This document shows, in pieces, positions 23,821-35,337 of a stretch of 64,000 bases of DNA. Source of the DNA: Nitrospiria bacterium. Its GTDB lineage: Bacteria; Nitrospirota; Nitrospiria; DASWJH01. The stretch lies in NCBI GenBank assembly GCA_036397255.1, contig DASWJH010000004.1, positions 31-64,030 of the forward strand, written 5' to 3'. Within the stretch, counting starts at the first letter, position 1. Every line of letters begins with the position of its first letter. Below the pieces are notes generated by a model that was not told where the DNA came from, ran no database searches, and saw nothing but the letters and a program-made list of their open reading frames with translations. The translations under genes were made by a program, and so were the position numbers.

Positions 23821-26800
23821 ATGTATAACTGTTTGTCCCGGAGGTTTTTTGGTCAAACAAGAAACATAACCTTTTTCACACTCTTTCTCCTTTCCCTTAT
23901 TCCGATTTCTGTTTTTGCCGGTACTTATACTGTTTTCGGTCCCGAAGACATTGTGCGTGAATCAAAACGATCCAAGGTCGTCTCCTTTCATTTTTCGGTT
24001 CCCAATCCAAACATTTCCTATATTCTTGAGGTCTATAACGGAGGAATGGAGATAGAGGAAGATCCTGCCGATCCGGTGGCGGATGCCCCCCCCATTTTGA
24101 AAAAGCCGTTTTTTTCATGGGTTTCCAAAAAAGGTGATCGGCATCAACCTGAATTTAAACATGCCAATTCCCTTCTCCATTGGAAAAAAAAGGCGCTCCA
24201 TTTCAAACGGGAAAAATTTCCGTTCTTTTTCCTCCAGGACAGGCCCTATCATCTGGTCTCTTCCGCAAATGTTATTTTAAACGGACAGAAAATCCTTGTT
24301 CCACGGGATTTTAAACGAAGGGTTTATTTTTTAGAAAAACCGATCACAGCGGGGATAGACAATACACTTTCAATCAAACTTAAAGGAAAACCTGGTTCAG
24401 GATTGACCCTCCGGATCGTCGGAGCGGACAATGATCCACCTGTGATTACAGCAACGATTGATCCTTTACCCAATTCCTCAGGCTGGCACAATCAGCATGT
24501 AACGGTGACCTTTCATTGTGAGGATACTCTCTCCGGCGTGGCCTCCTGTCCCGATCCGGTTGTAGTCAATGAAGAAGGCGCAGGGCAAATTGTAGGCGGA
24601 ACCACGGAAGATAAAGCGGGGAATACTGCTTCCACAAGCGTGACCATTCATTTGGATAGGACCCCTCCGGTTATATCCGCTTCGGCTTTACCTTTACCCA
24701 ATTCCAATGGCTGGAATAATACCGATGTGGATGTTTCATTCTCGGGGATAGATAATTTGTCCGGGATGGATACGGTTACGCCAATGAAAACGGTTGGAAC
24801 CGAGGGAGCGGATCAGTGGGTGGAGGGAACAGCAGCAGACCTCGCTGGGAATGTTTCCCATGATTCCATCCGTGTCAATATCGATAAAACCCCGCCCACC
24901 CTTACAAAGAACATCTCCCCTGTTCCTAATTCATCGGGATGGAATAACATCGATACAATCGTTAATTTTATTGCCGTCGACGGTTTATCCGGGGTGGAAT
25001 CCCATTCCCCTCCGGTGACGCTTACCACGGAAGGGGCAAACCAATTGATTAATGGAACGGCAACCGATATGGCAGGCAATACTGAAACGGCTCAGGCGAA
25101 CATAAACCTGGACAAAACACCGCCTTCTATCAATGCCACGGTCTCCCCCCCCCCAAATCCTGCAGGATGGAACAATACCGATGTGAAGGTGGTTTTTGAT
25201 GCCTCTGATGCTTTATCGGGTTTGAGCACGGTGACACCCCCAGCTCCTATTGCCACCGAAGGGATGAATCAAACCGTTTCAGGAACCGCCGTTGATTTAG
25301 CGGGTAATCCTGCCACCACGACGGTTTCGGTCAATATCGATAAAACCCCCCCGGTGCTCACCTTGAATTCGCCCAATTCGAATCTTGCCACCAACCAGGA
25401 GATCCTCACGGTTTCAGGAACGGCGGTTGATGCTAATATCGTTTCTGGGGTTTCCATTAGTGGATACAGTGTAACAATGGTAGGGAATTCTTTTCAAACT
25501 AATATCACCCTTTTGGAGGGGGAAAACCCGGTTACGGCTCTTGCCACCGACGTTGCGGATAACAGCACAGCCCTGACCCGTACGGTGACGTTCTATAAAC
25601 CCATCAGTACTTTTGCACCAGTCCCCCTCTCCTATGTGGCACTTCCGGGTAAGGCGTATAATGTGGACGTAAAAGAGGATTTTGCATTTGTGGCCGCCGG
25701 TGCAGAAGGGCTTCAGGTGGTTAATGTGTCGAACCGTCGTTCTCCCTTTATTGTTGGTTCTTTGAAGTCCACTGGGACTTCAATTGATGTCAAGGTCGTA
25801 GGCAATCTTGCTTTTATTGCCAATGTGGGTCTCGGACTTTGGGTTGTGGATATTTCCAATCCTTCAAACCCCGTATCCCTGGGTTCAGCGCCAACCGTAG
25901 GCGGAGCATTTGATGTGATGGTTTCCGGTTCTCGTGCAATGGTGGTGGATGGTGCAGGGGGCTTACAGGTTTTTGATGTGACCGAACCCGCTCATCCTTT
26001 TCTGTTGGGATCGGTTCCCACCCCAGGAACGGGAAGAGGCGTAGATATTTCCAGAACTTTTGCCGTGGTGGCAGATGGGACAGCGGGGGTCCAAATTATC
26101 GATATTCAATCCCCCATGAACCCTCAAATTGTGGGAACGGTGGATACTCCCAGGAATGCACAAGATGTGGTGGTGGATGGGGACACTGCTTTCATTGCCG
26201 ACCATACGGGAAGTCTTCAAATCGTTGATTTTTCCGATCCCTATCATCCGGCCATCGTCGGTTTTACCCATCAAGGAGTGGGAGGCACTTTATTTGACGT
26301 GGCCCAGTCGGGCTATGTGGTTTTTGGGGCAGATGCGTTTTTCACCAATTTTGTTCCTATGATCGATGTCTCCGATCCTTCCCATCCAGCAGGTCTTCAG
26401 GGAATCGATTTCTCTTCTTTCCGTGCGGACATGGGCTTTGGTATTGCCGTGGATAGTCGATACGTTTATGTAGCCACGCAAAACCCCGGGGCAGAATCTC
26501 GTTTATATATTGGCCAGTACCTGGATATTACAGATAACGGAGGTATTTCTCCCATGGTCATCCTTACTTCGCCCAGTGATGGAGATACCCTTGTGGAGGG
26601 AGAAACCATTCAACTTTCAGCCATTGCGGTGGATGATATTCTGGTGAAAAAAGTGGAATTTTTAGTGAACGGGATAGTAGTAACCTCCGATACCACCAAT
26701 CCCTACCAGTTTGATTTCACAATACCGGTGGGCGTCTCAAGCCTTACAATCGGAGCCCGAGTTGTGGATCATGGAGGTAACATCGGATTGGCAGATGGCC

Positions 26801-27087
26801 TCAACAACAACGTTATGCCGGACCTTAAAACAACCGTCGTGGGAAGAGTTGTGGATTCCAACGGTACTCCAGTATCCGGGGCCACCGTGACAATGGCGGT
26901 CGGAACCTCGGTGGTGACCGAAATAGATGGGATCTTTTTAATTCCAACTGTTCCAACTGTATTGGGTGATTTGGTGGTGAAAGCGTCCGCCACCATAAGT
27001 GGAAATCGAATTAAGGGTGTGTCCAGTCCCTTCTTCCCGGTGGCCGGAGGAACCACCGATATAGGGGATTTGGTAATTGTTCCTTAG
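23821..27087 (+). CDS. Large secreted or surface multi-domain protein. It has four 76-aa Ig-like repeats, LVIVD-type beta-propeller repeats, an Ig-like domain and a carboxypeptidase-regulatory-like C-terminus.
   Basis: 1088 aa. N-terminal signal peptide (FFTLFLLSLIPISVFAGT). Repeats D(K/R)TPP...P.PN..GW.N.DV.V.F...D.LSG......EG..Q...GTA.D.AGN. Five or more LVIVD-like blades (e.g. FAFVAAGAEGLQVVNVSN). GRVVDSNGTPVSGATV near the C-terminus. Confidence 0.8.
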   Translation: MYNCLSRRFFGQTRNITFFTLFLLSLIPISVFAGTYTVFGPEDIVRESKRSKVVSFHFSVPNPNISYILEVYNGGMEIEEDPADPVADAPPILKKPFFSWVSKKGDRHQPEFKHANSLLHWKKKALHFKREKFPFFFLQDRPYHLVSSANVILNGQKILVPRDFKRRVYFLEKPITAGIDNTLSIKLKGKPGSGLTLRIVGADNDPPVITATIDPLPNSSGWHNQHVTVTFHCEDTLSGVASCPDPVVVNEEGAGQIVGGTTEDKAGNTASTSVTIHLDRTPPVISASALPLPNSNGWNNTDVDVSFSGIDNLSGMDTVTPMKTVGTEGADQWVEGTAADLAGNVSHDSIRVNIDKTPPTLTKNISPVPNSSGWNNIDTIVNFIAVDGLSGVESHSPPVTLTTEGANQLINGTATDMAGNTETAQANINLDKTPPSINATVSPPPNPAGWNNTDVKVVFDASDALSGLSTVTPPAPIATEGMNQTVSGTAVDLAGNPATTTVSVNIDKTPPVLTLNSPNSNLATNQEILTVSGTAVDANIVSGVSISGYSVTMVGNSFQTNITLLEGENPVTALATDVADNSTALTRTVTFYKPISTFAPVPLSYVALPGKAYNVDVKEDFAFVAAGAEGLQVVNVSNRRSPFIVGSLKSTGTSIDVKVVGNLAFIANVGLGLWVVDISNPSNPVSLGSAPTVGGAFDVMVSGSRAMVVDGAGGLQVFDVTEPAHPFLLGSVPTPGTGRGVDISRTFAVVADGTAGVQIIDIQSPMNPQIVGTVDTPRNAQDVVVDGDTAFIADHTGSLQIVDFSDPYHPAIVGFTHQGVGGTLFDVAQSGYVVFGADAFFTNFVPMIDVSDPSHPAGLQGIDFSSFRADMGFGIAVDSRYVYVATQNPGAESRLYIGQYLDITDNGGISPMVILTSPSDGDTLVEGETIQLSAIAVDDILVKKVEFLVNGIVVTSDTTNPYQFDFTIPVGVSSLTIGARVVDHGGNIGLADGLNNNVMPDLKTTVVGRVVDSNGTPVSGATVTMAVGTSVVTEIDGIFLIPTVPTVLGDLVVKASATISGNRIKGVSSPFFPVAGGTTDIGDLVIVP
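24436..25347 (+). repeat. Four exact-period 228-bp (76-aa) in-frame coding repeats inside the surface-protein gene
   Basis: The conserved TPP codons recur at 24664, 24892, 25120 and 25348, following 24436, so each step is 228 bp. Confidence 0.85.
25145..25154 (+). repeat. C10 homopolymer tract inside the surface-protein CDS
   Basis: GTCTCCCCCCCCCCAAAT encodes SPPPN. The equivalent positions in the other three repeats carry no tract. Confidence 0.9.
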
Positions 27088-27357
27088 AATTCTATAGGGT
27101 TGATTCTGAAATAGGGACCCCTGTGAAAATCGGGGTTGGGGTTGTGCACCCTTCCGCGGAAATAGGAGGAAATCGGTTTGCGATCCTGAGATGGCAAAGA
27201 GCCTTTACAATAATTAAGATCTTCTAAACGGTTTTTCTGAAATTTTCCCGCCAGTTGTATCTGGAAATTTCCTTGACATTAAAGTCGACCATATGATAGC
27301 GTACGTAAGTTTTTTAAAAGATTAGGATTTAGGGAATTTTTCCTGGATTTTAGGAAT

Positions 27358-27387
27358 CGATTTGAGATTCTCAAATCGGTTTTTTTA
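27358..27387 (+). terminator. Strong intrinsic-terminator-like hairpin 40 nt upstream of atpH
   Basis: TCGATTTGAG-ATT-CTCAAATCGG (9 bp plus one GU pair) followed by T7. Confidence 0.6.
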
Positions 27388-27427
27388 TTTAAAATATCAT
27401 TTGGTTCGGATCAAGTAGGGTCCTATT

Positions 27428-27973
27428 GTGTTTAAGGACGTTTTAGCAAGGCGTTATTCCAAAGCCTTTTTTGAAAGCCAGCCCTCAATTGAAAAATCCG
27501 TAAAGACTTTTGATGACCTCGAAACCCTGGCTTCGTTGTTTGAGGAATCTCACGCGGTTCGGGTTTTTTTGCTCAGCCCCAGTTTTATCCCGGAAGAGAA
27601 AATTGCCTTTATAAATCAAATTTCTGAGCAGAATGGGTGGCGGGACGAGACCAAAAGGTTTGCGCGGTTATTGATTGAAAAAAACCGTATTCGTTACATA
27701 AAAGAAGTGGTTCAGGCTTTAGGTCAGTTGATTGACCAAGCCCAAGGCCGCAAACGTGTCAAAATTTTAACGGCAACGCCTTTCAATGAAGAGCAGACAA
27801 ACCGGATCCGTCAGCGGATGAGGGAAATTACCGGTCAAGAGGTTGAAGTTTCTGTGGATGTTGATTCGAGCCTCATTGGAGGCATGTTGGTACAAATAGG
27901 CAGCCGTGTATTTGATGGAAGCGTTCGGGGAAGGCTTGAGGCTTTAACGGATCGTTTGGTGAAAGGGGCTTAA
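27428..27973 (+). CDS. atpH: F-type ATP synthase subunit delta (OSCP)
   Basis: 181 aa with a GTG start and OSCP-like sequence. Immediately upstream of atpA. Confidence 0.88.
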   Translation: MFKDVLARRYSKAFFESQPSIEKSVKTFDDLETLASLFEESHAVRVFLLSPSFIPEEKIAFINQISEQNGWRDETKRFARLLIEKNRIRYIKEVVQALGQLIDQAQGRKRVKILTATPFNEEQTNRIRQRMREITGQEVEVSVDVDSSLIGGMLVQIGSRVFDGSVRGRLEALTDRLVKGA

Positions 27974-27974
27974 G

Positions 27975-29492
27975 ATGCAGATTAGGGCAGGTGAGATTAC
28001 GGAGCTGATTAAACAGCAGATCCAGGATTTTGAAAAAAGGAGCGATGTTCAGGAGGTTGGAACCGTTCTTCAAGTGGGTGACGGGATTGGAAAAGTATAT
28101 GGTTTGGAAGGTGCCATGGCCGGGGAGCTGTTGGCGTTTCCTGGAGGTGTTTTCGGGATGGTGCTGAACCTCGAAGAGGATAATGTGGGTGCGGTGTTAC
28201 TTGGGCCGGATGTTGGAATTAAGGAGGGAGACCTGGTTAAGCGAACCGGAAGAATCGCAGAGGTACCCGTTGGAGAGGCCCTTGTTGGCCGCGTGGTGGA
28301 TGCCCTGGGTCAACCTGTGGATGGGCGAGGTCCCATCAAAACCGATCAGACACGACGTTTGGAGGTGATCGCACCCGGAATTGTGGTTCGTCAGTCGGTG
28401 AAAGAACCTCTTCAAACGGGGATTAAAGCCATCGATGCTATGATTCCGGTTGGTAGAGGCCAGAGAGAGTTGATCATTGGTGATCGCCAGACCGGAAAAA
28501 CCGCTGTTGCGGTGGATACCATGATTAATCAAAAAGGCCAGGATGTGGTTTGCATTTATGTGGCCGTGGGACAAAAACGATCCACCGTTGCCCGTGTGGT
28601 GAAGACACTTGAGGATCATGGCGCAATGGAATATTCCATTGTGGTGGCAGCAACTGCCAGTGAGCCAGCCCCTCTTCAATTTATTGCCCCTTATGCGGGG
28701 TGTGCCATGGGAGAATTTTTTCGGGATAACGGAAAGCATGCCTTAATCATTTATGATGATTTATCCAAACACGCTGTGGCCTACCGACAGCTTTCTCTCC
28801 TCTTAAGGCGTCCCCCGGGTCGGGAAGCTTTTCCCGGTGATGTGTTTTATGCCCATTCTCGTTTATTGGAGCGGGCCGCGAAACTCAGTGAAAAAGAAGG
28901 GGGAGGGTCCCTCACCGCGCTTCCAATCATTGAAACCCAAGCGGGAGACGTGTCTGCCTATATTCCCACCAATGTGATCTCAATTACCGATGGACAAATT
29001 TATTTGGGAAGCGATCTGTTCTATTCCGGAATCCGGCCAGCCATTAATGTGGGTCTTTCCGTTTCTCGTGTAGGAGGAAGTGCCCAGATCAAGGGGATGA
29101 AAAAGGTTGCCGGGACCCTGCGTTTGGATTTGGCCCAATACCGGGAGATGGCTGCCTTTGCTCAGTTTGGAAGTGAATTGGATAAAGCTACTCAAGCCCA
29201 ATTGGCCCGGGGAGTTCGCATGGTTGAACTACTTAAGCAGGATCAGTATGAGCCGGTGCCGGTGGAGTTACAGATTCTGGTGATCTTTGCCGGAACCCAA
29301 GGGTATTTGGATGATATTCCGGTAGAGGAAGTCCGGCCATTTGAGAAGCGTTTGGTTCAGCATATCACGGATGATCACGGAGATCTTCGGGCGGAGTTGG
29401 TCAAGAAAAAAGCAATGGATGATGAATTGACCGCAAAGGTCAAACAGATTCTAGAAAATTTTAAAAAAGAATACATGGCCAGCCGGGTTTAA
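27975..29492 (+). CDS. atpA: F-type ATP synthase subunit alpha
   Basis: 505 aa with Walker A GDRQTGKT. Confidence 0.98.
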   Translation: MQIRAGEITELIKQQIQDFEKRSDVQEVGTVLQVGDGIGKVYGLEGAMAGELLAFPGGVFGMVLNLEEDNVGAVLLGPDVGIKEGDLVKRTGRIAEVPVGEALVGRVVDALGQPVDGRGPIKTDQTRRLEVIAPGIVVRQSVKEPLQTGIKAIDAMIPVGRGQRELIIGDRQTGKTAVAVDTMINQKGQDVVCIYVAVGQKRSTVARVVKTLEDHGAMEYSIVVAATASEPAPLQFIAPYAGCAMGEFFRDNGKHALIIYDDLSKHAVAYRQLSLLLRRPPGREAFPGDVFYAHSRLLERAAKLSEKEGGGSLTALPIIETQAGDVSAYIPTNVISITDGQIYLGSDLFYSGIRPAINVGLSVSRVGGSAQIKGMKKVAGTLRLDLAQYREMAAFAQFGSELDKATQAQLARGVRMVELLKQDQYEPVPVELQILVIFAGTQGYLDDIPVEEVRPFEKRLVQHITDDHGDLRAELVKKKAMDDELTAKVKQILENFKKEYMASRV

Positions 29493-29498
29493 TTAATC

Positions 29499-30359
29499 AT
29501 GCCGAGTTTACAGCAAATTCGCCGCAGAATATCCAGCGTTAAAAATACACAACAGATTACCAAGGCAATGAAGATGGTGGCTGCCGCCAAATTAAGGCGG
29601 GCACAGGACCGTGTGGTTGAGGCCCGGCCTTATGCTCAGCGGATGGCATTACTGTTGCAGGGTTTGGTGGGGAGGGTGAACCGGAATCTTCACCCCATGT
29701 TGAATCGCCAGGAAGGGAGTCGGTTAGAAGTTTTATTGGTCACGGCGGACCGTGGGTTATGCGGTGGTTTCAATGGGAATTTAGTTCGAAAAGCGGCAGA
29801 GGTAGTACGACAGAAAAGAGCGGAAGGGAATGAGGTTTCATTAAACATCGTGGGTAGAAAAGGACGGGATTTTTTCCGAAGAAGGGAGATTCCCATCCGA
29901 AAAGCGACGGTAGGAATTTTTGACCGGTTGGGATATGAGCATGCGGTTGAGCTTGGAACCGATTTAACCCAGGCCTACGGGGAAGAAAAATTTCAGGAAG
30001 TCCATCTCATCTATAACGAATTCAAATCGGCCATTTCCCAAAAAGTAATCGTGAAACAACTGCTTCCCATTGATCCCCCTTCAGGAGAGGTTTCCCTGGG
30101 TGGAGGAACTTTGTTTGAGCCCTCTGAAGAAGATATTTTAAAAATGCTCCTTCCCCGATACATTGAGGGGCAGGTGTTTCAGGCCCTTTTGGAATCATCG
30201 GCTAGTGAGCAAGGGGCGCGTATGGTGGCCATGGATTCAGCAACCCGTAATGCCAGGGAGATGATTTCTAAATTAACCCTGTATTTCAATAAAGCCAGGC
30301 AGGCCACCATTACCAAGGAATTAATGGATATCGTGGGAGGCGCTGAGGCGTTAAAATAG
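29499..30359 (+). CDS. atpG: F-type ATP synthase subunit gamma
   Basis: 286 aa. N-terminal IRRRISSVKNTQQITKAMKMVAAAKLRRAQ and C-terminal ITKELMDIVGGAEAL. Confidence 0.96.
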   Translation: MPSLQQIRRRISSVKNTQQITKAMKMVAAAKLRRAQDRVVEARPYAQRMALLLQGLVGRVNRNLHPMLNRQEGSRLEVLLVTADRGLCGGFNGNLVRKAAEVVRQKRAEGNEVSLNIVGRKGRDFFRRREIPIRKATVGIFDRLGYEHAVELGTDLTQAYGEEKFQEVHLIYNEFKSAISQKVIVKQLLPIDPPSGEVSLGGGTLFEPSEEDILKMLLPRYIEGQVFQALLESSASEQGARMVAMDSATRNAREMISKLTLYFNKARQATITKELMDIVGGAEALK

Positions 30360-30366
30360 TTTTTGA

Positions 30367-31809
<1,443 letters not shown>

Positions 31810-31824
31810 GGTAAAAGAGGCTGT

Positions 31825-32238
31825 ATGGCTGAAAAAACGTTTCAGTTTGAAGTGGTTTCCCCCAGCAGGGTTTTGGTCCAAGAAGAGGTGGAGTTTGTCC
31901 TTGCTCCCGGGGCTGAAGGCGATTTTGGTGTTTTGGTGGGGCATTGTCCCTTTATTACGACTCTAAAAATTGGGCCCCTCGTTTTCCGGAAAAACGGAAC
32001 GGAGCAATATATGACGGTGATGGGAGGGTTTGCAGAAGTGACTCCAACCAAAATGGTGGTTTTGGCCGAGCTTGCCGAAAAAACCGAAGAACTGGATATT
32101 GAACGGGCGAGAAAGGCTCAGCAGGAATCCGAAAAAAAACGGGCCTCTGCGGTTACAGAATCTGAAAGAGAGGAGGCTCAGAAAAGTTTAGACCGATCCT
32201 TGGTTCGTCAGGCCGTGGCCTCTAAATCTCAAAAATAG
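31825..32238 (+). CDS. atpC: F-type ATP synthase subunit epsilon
   Basis: 137 aa. Beta-sandwich N-terminus and helical C-terminus. Last gene of the operon. Confidence 0.92.
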   Translation: MAEKTFQFEVVSPSRVLVQEEVEFVLAPGAEGDFGVLVGHCPFITTLKIGPLVFRKNGTEQYMTVMGGFAEVTPTKMVVLAELAEKTEELDIERARKAQQESEKKRASAVTESEREEAQKSLDRSLVRQAVASKSQK

Positions 32239-32254
32239 GTCCAACCTTTTTCCC

Positions 32255-32590
32255 CTACCCCTGATTCTTAATAAAATCATTTAAACGTTTTTTATTTTCT
32301 TCGGAAAGCTGGGAAAACTCAATTCCCATTCCCACCGTCTGTTGATTCCAGACCACGGTTCCTTCGCCGTCAATGGGTTTTTCGGAAGGCGAATTGGATA
32401 AACGAAAATTAAATTTGACCTGATCTCCCGATTGAAGAGGATTGACCGTATCGATAAAAACGCCTCTTTCGCTCACGTCGGTTATGCGAGCGGTAATGGG
32501 AGGACTATTGCTGGAAAATTGAATTTCAATAATGATGGGAACCCTAGGGGAGTTTCGACGGTCTTTCTGGTCCATTGAAGGTATCTCCAT
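32255..32590 (-). CDS. PilZ domain protein (candidate c-di-GMP receptor)
   Basis: 111 aa with RxxxR (RRNSPR) and DxSxxG (DVSERG) motifs. Confidence 0.8.
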   Translation of the reverse strand: MEIPSMDQKDRRNSPRVPIIIEIQFSSNSPPITARITDVSERGVFIDTVNPLQSGDQVKFNFRLSNSPSEKPIDGEGTVVWNQQTVGMGIEFSQLSEENKKRLNDFIKNQG

Positions 32591-32665
32591 GAGGGATAAT
32601 GGTTAAAGTTTTTTACCATGGTTTTTGAGGAAAGTCAAATTTTTTAGGAATCGTGTTGGGGTGAC

Positions 32666-33412
32666 TTAACGCGGACAAATGGGGTTCGGTGAATATTCTT
32701 GCGAAATGTCTAAGGTATTGGAGGTGGAACTGTTTTGGGAATGAGTCCGTAATTTTTTGGATGAGCCCTCTTTTTTCTCGATTTGTTTTCCATTTTCTTT
32801 TTGGTTGATACATTGAACCGCCCTCCAAAAATGGAAACGGTGAATTTTGTTTTTTCGATTAACCACGAGGGGCGTGTCTTTCAGAATAGTTCCTAAATCT
32901 AGGTCGGTTCGAAATCCGATTCTTTTGCAAAGCGGGGAAACGCTTTTCTCAAAAACGGAAATCCATTTTTTCCCATTTTTAAAGTGGTTCAAAAAAACAA
33001 TTTTTCCACCGTTTTTGCAAACCCTAACCATTTCTTCAACAACGATCTTAGGTTCGGGAACAGTGGAGATGACATAGGCTGCAAAAACAGAATCAAAGGT
33101 GTTATCGGGAAAATCCATTCGGGTGGCGTCCATTTTTTGGAGGGTGACATGAGAGAGGTTTTGCTTTTGAACCCGCTGCCATCCTTTATTCAACATGGAT
33201 CGGGATAGATCAATTCCAGTAATGCTGCAATGACGTGGGTATAAAGGCAGAGAGAGTCCGGTTCCCACCCCTACTTCTAAAATGTTCTGTCCAGGATCGA
33301 TCTCTAATAAATCAATGGCTTTTCCGCGGCTTTTATGAAAAATTTTTCCGAATATTAGATCGTAGAACCCAGAATAAAAGGAATAGACCCTCTCAACCCC
33401 TTTGGTATCCAT
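32666..33412 (-). CDS. Class I SAM-dependent methyltransferase (UbiE/PmtA-like)
   Basis: 248 aa. Motif I ILEVGVGTG and post-I ITGIDLS. Has a low-complexity C-terminal tail. Confidence 0.8.
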   Translation of the reverse strand: MDTKGVERVYSFYSGFYDLIFGKIFHKSRGKAIDLLEIDPGQNILEVGVGTGLSLPLYPRHCSITGIDLSRSMLNKGWQRVQKQNLSHVTLQKMDATRMDFPDNTFDSVFAAYVISTVPEPKIVVEEMVRVCKNGGKIVFLNHFKNGKKWISVFEKSVSPLCKRIGFRTDLDLGTILKDTPLVVNRKNKIHRFHFWRAVQCINQKENGKQIEKKEGSSKKLRTHSQNSSTSNTLDISQEYSPNPICPR

Positions 33413-33663
33413 CCTTTCCTCCCTAGGAAAAACCCAGTTATCATTTCCTTTGGTGGTACGGGATCTATTTCCCCGAACATTTTCTTATAGAAGATTTTCA
33501 AGAACCTTACCCCAAGAATTTTTTGGGTAGGGAAAATCGTTGCATTTTACCACATTCACTAAATAAATCAAGGGGTGAGACCCGGGTTTCCAAAAGGAAC
33601 CAGAGCCTTAAGAAAAATTTTAAACCAAGGGCCAAACCATCCCCGGCACTTCAAGGCCTGTGA

Positions 33664-33692
33664 TTGTCAACCAAGAAGTAAGTGTGTATACT
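33664..33692 (+). promoter_or_regulatory. Candidate promoter of the permease gene
   Basis: TTGTCA (33664..33669), a 17-nt spacer, then TATACT (33687..33692). Confidence 0.45.
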
Positions 33693-33759
33693 TTTTGCCG
33701 TTTAACGATCAGGGAGCTTTTTTCAAGAGGATGGTGATTTTAAAAAAGGAAAGGCCAAG

Positions 33760-35337
33760 TTGAAGGAAACGTTTTTAATTTTTAAAAAATTAGTCCGAAA
33801 AGGAGATCTGAACGCCTTTTTCGGTCTGATTGTTGATAATATGACCCAGTTGGTCATCATGGCCTCGATCCTGGTGGGTGTGTTTGGTTTTCCTCGGGAC
33901 ATTGTTTTTTATTATATGATTCCTGGATCAGCGGTGGGGGTTCTCATCGGGGATTTGATTTATAGCCTTATGGCCGTTCGACTTGCCCAAAAAACAGGCC
34001 GGACCGATATCACGGCCATGCCCTTGGGGATTGATACCCCCTCATTGTTTGCCTTTACCTTTGGGGTGGTGGGTCCGGCCTATTTGGCTACCCAGGACGG
34101 ATGGCTGGCTTGGAAAATTTCCATGGGCGTTATCGTGGTGGTTGGGTTGGTGAAAATCTCAGGTTCTTTTTTAGGGTCTTCTATTCGGCGTTCCGTTCCC
34201 CGGGCTGGGCTTTTGGGACCCATTGCGGGGGTGGCCTTATTGTTAATTGCCTTTTTACCCTCCTTGAAAATTTTCCATTCCCCTTTGGTTGGTTTAATTT
34301 CCCTAATTGTTATTCTCACCTGTATCACCGGAAAAATTGCGTTCCCATTTCGTTTACCCGCTGCTTTCGCTGGGGTTTTGATGGGAGTTGGGGTTTATTA
34401 TTTTCTTTTCTTGTTTGGGTTTTGGCAGACACCCCTCCCCATTCTTCACCATCTTTCGGCCTTACAACCCGTTTTTCCCTTTCCCACCCTTGGTTTTTTG
34501 GAAGGGTTTCCTTATCTTTTTTCTTACCTTCCCTTGGCTATTCCTTTTGCCTTGGTGGTGTTGGTGGGCGGTATTGATGTGACAGAAAGTGCCTCGGCCT
34601 CGGGGGACGAGTATGATACCCGGGCTATTTTGCTCACCGATGGATTTTCTACTTTAATGGGGGGTCTATGTGGAGGGGTAGTTCAAACCACCCCCTATAT
34701 CGGCCACCCCGCCTATAAAGAAATGGGAGGGGGTGTGGGATATACTTTTTTTACGGCATTGTTTATCGGATTGGGTGGCGTTTTAGGTTATTTGGGCTTA
34801 ATGGTGGATCTTTTGCCAGAAGCGGCGGTAGCGCCCATATTGGTTTTTATCGGGCTGGAAATTGCGTCGCAAGCTTTTTATGCGACTCCTCGAGCACACT
34901 ACAAAGCGGTCGTCATTTCGTTTCTTCCTATTATTGCCAGCTTGGTAATAATTGAAATGAACAGCCTTTTAGGGCATTTTGGAAAAACCATTAATGATCT
35001 AAAGGGAGAGGTGATGATTACCTATGAAACCCTCCTGATTCTTTCCAACGGATTTATCATTTCTTCACTTATATGGGGAGGGGCACTCTCTTTCATTATC
35101 GACCACCGACTCAAAAAGGCGGCATTCTTTTTTTGGGTGGCATCTCTCCTCACCCTATTTGGGGTTATTCACTCACCCTTTCCGGATGGCCGAATGTTTT
35201 TTCCGTGGGAACAGGTATTGTCCACAACGGTGTCTTTAAGCGGGGCTTATGGATTAATGGGATTTTTTTTATTATGGTTAGAGGGTTTTCATTTAAAAAG
35301 AGGCACCCTTGTCCCGACACAACGAACGTCAAATTAA
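33760..35337 (+). CDS. Polytopic membrane transporter, NCS2/AzgA-like (xanthine/uracil permease superfamily)
   Basis: 525 aa with about 12 or more hydrophobic segments and a TTG start after AAGGAAAGG. The family call rests on the general sequence pattern only. Confidence 0.55.
   Translation: MKETFLIFKKLVRKGDLNAFFGLIVDNMTQLVIMASILVGVFGFPRDIVFYYMIPGSAVGVLIGDLIYSLMAVRLAQKTGRTDITAMPLGIDTPSLFAFTFGVVGPAYLATQDGWLAWKISMGVIVVVGLVKISGSFLGSSIRRSVPRAGLLGPIAGVALLLIAFLPSLKIFHSPLVGLISLIVILTCITGKIAFPFRLPAAFAGVLMGVGVYYFLFLFGFWQTPLPILHHLSALQPVFPFPTLGFLEGFPYLFSYLPLAIPFALVVLVGGIDVTESASASGDEYDTRAILLTDGFSTLMGGLCGGVVQTTPYIGHPAYKEMGGGVGYTFFTALFIGLGGVLGYLGLMVDLLPEAAVAPILVFIGLEIASQAFYATPRAHYKAVVISFLPIIASLVIIEMNSLLGHFGKTINDLKGEVMITYETLLILSNGFIISSLIWGGALSFIIDHRLKKAAFFFWVASLLTLFGVIHSPFPDGRMFFPWEQVLSTTVSLSGAYGLMGFFLLWLEGFHLKRGTLVPTQRTSN

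Noticed and set aside
28197-28739. 180-aa minus-strand ORF
   Set aside because: It is antisense within atpA, with no motif and no RBS considered. It is a shadow ORF.
33413-33759. Purine or other riboswitch upstream of the NCS2-like permease
   Set aside because: No purine-riboswitch core sequence is visible. The predicted promoter leaves only a ~60-nt leader.
34101-34577. 158-aa plus-strand alternative-frame ORF
   Set aside because: It is an out-of-frame overlap inside the permease gene. Its Gly/Trp/Phe-rich translation is typical of a frame artefact.
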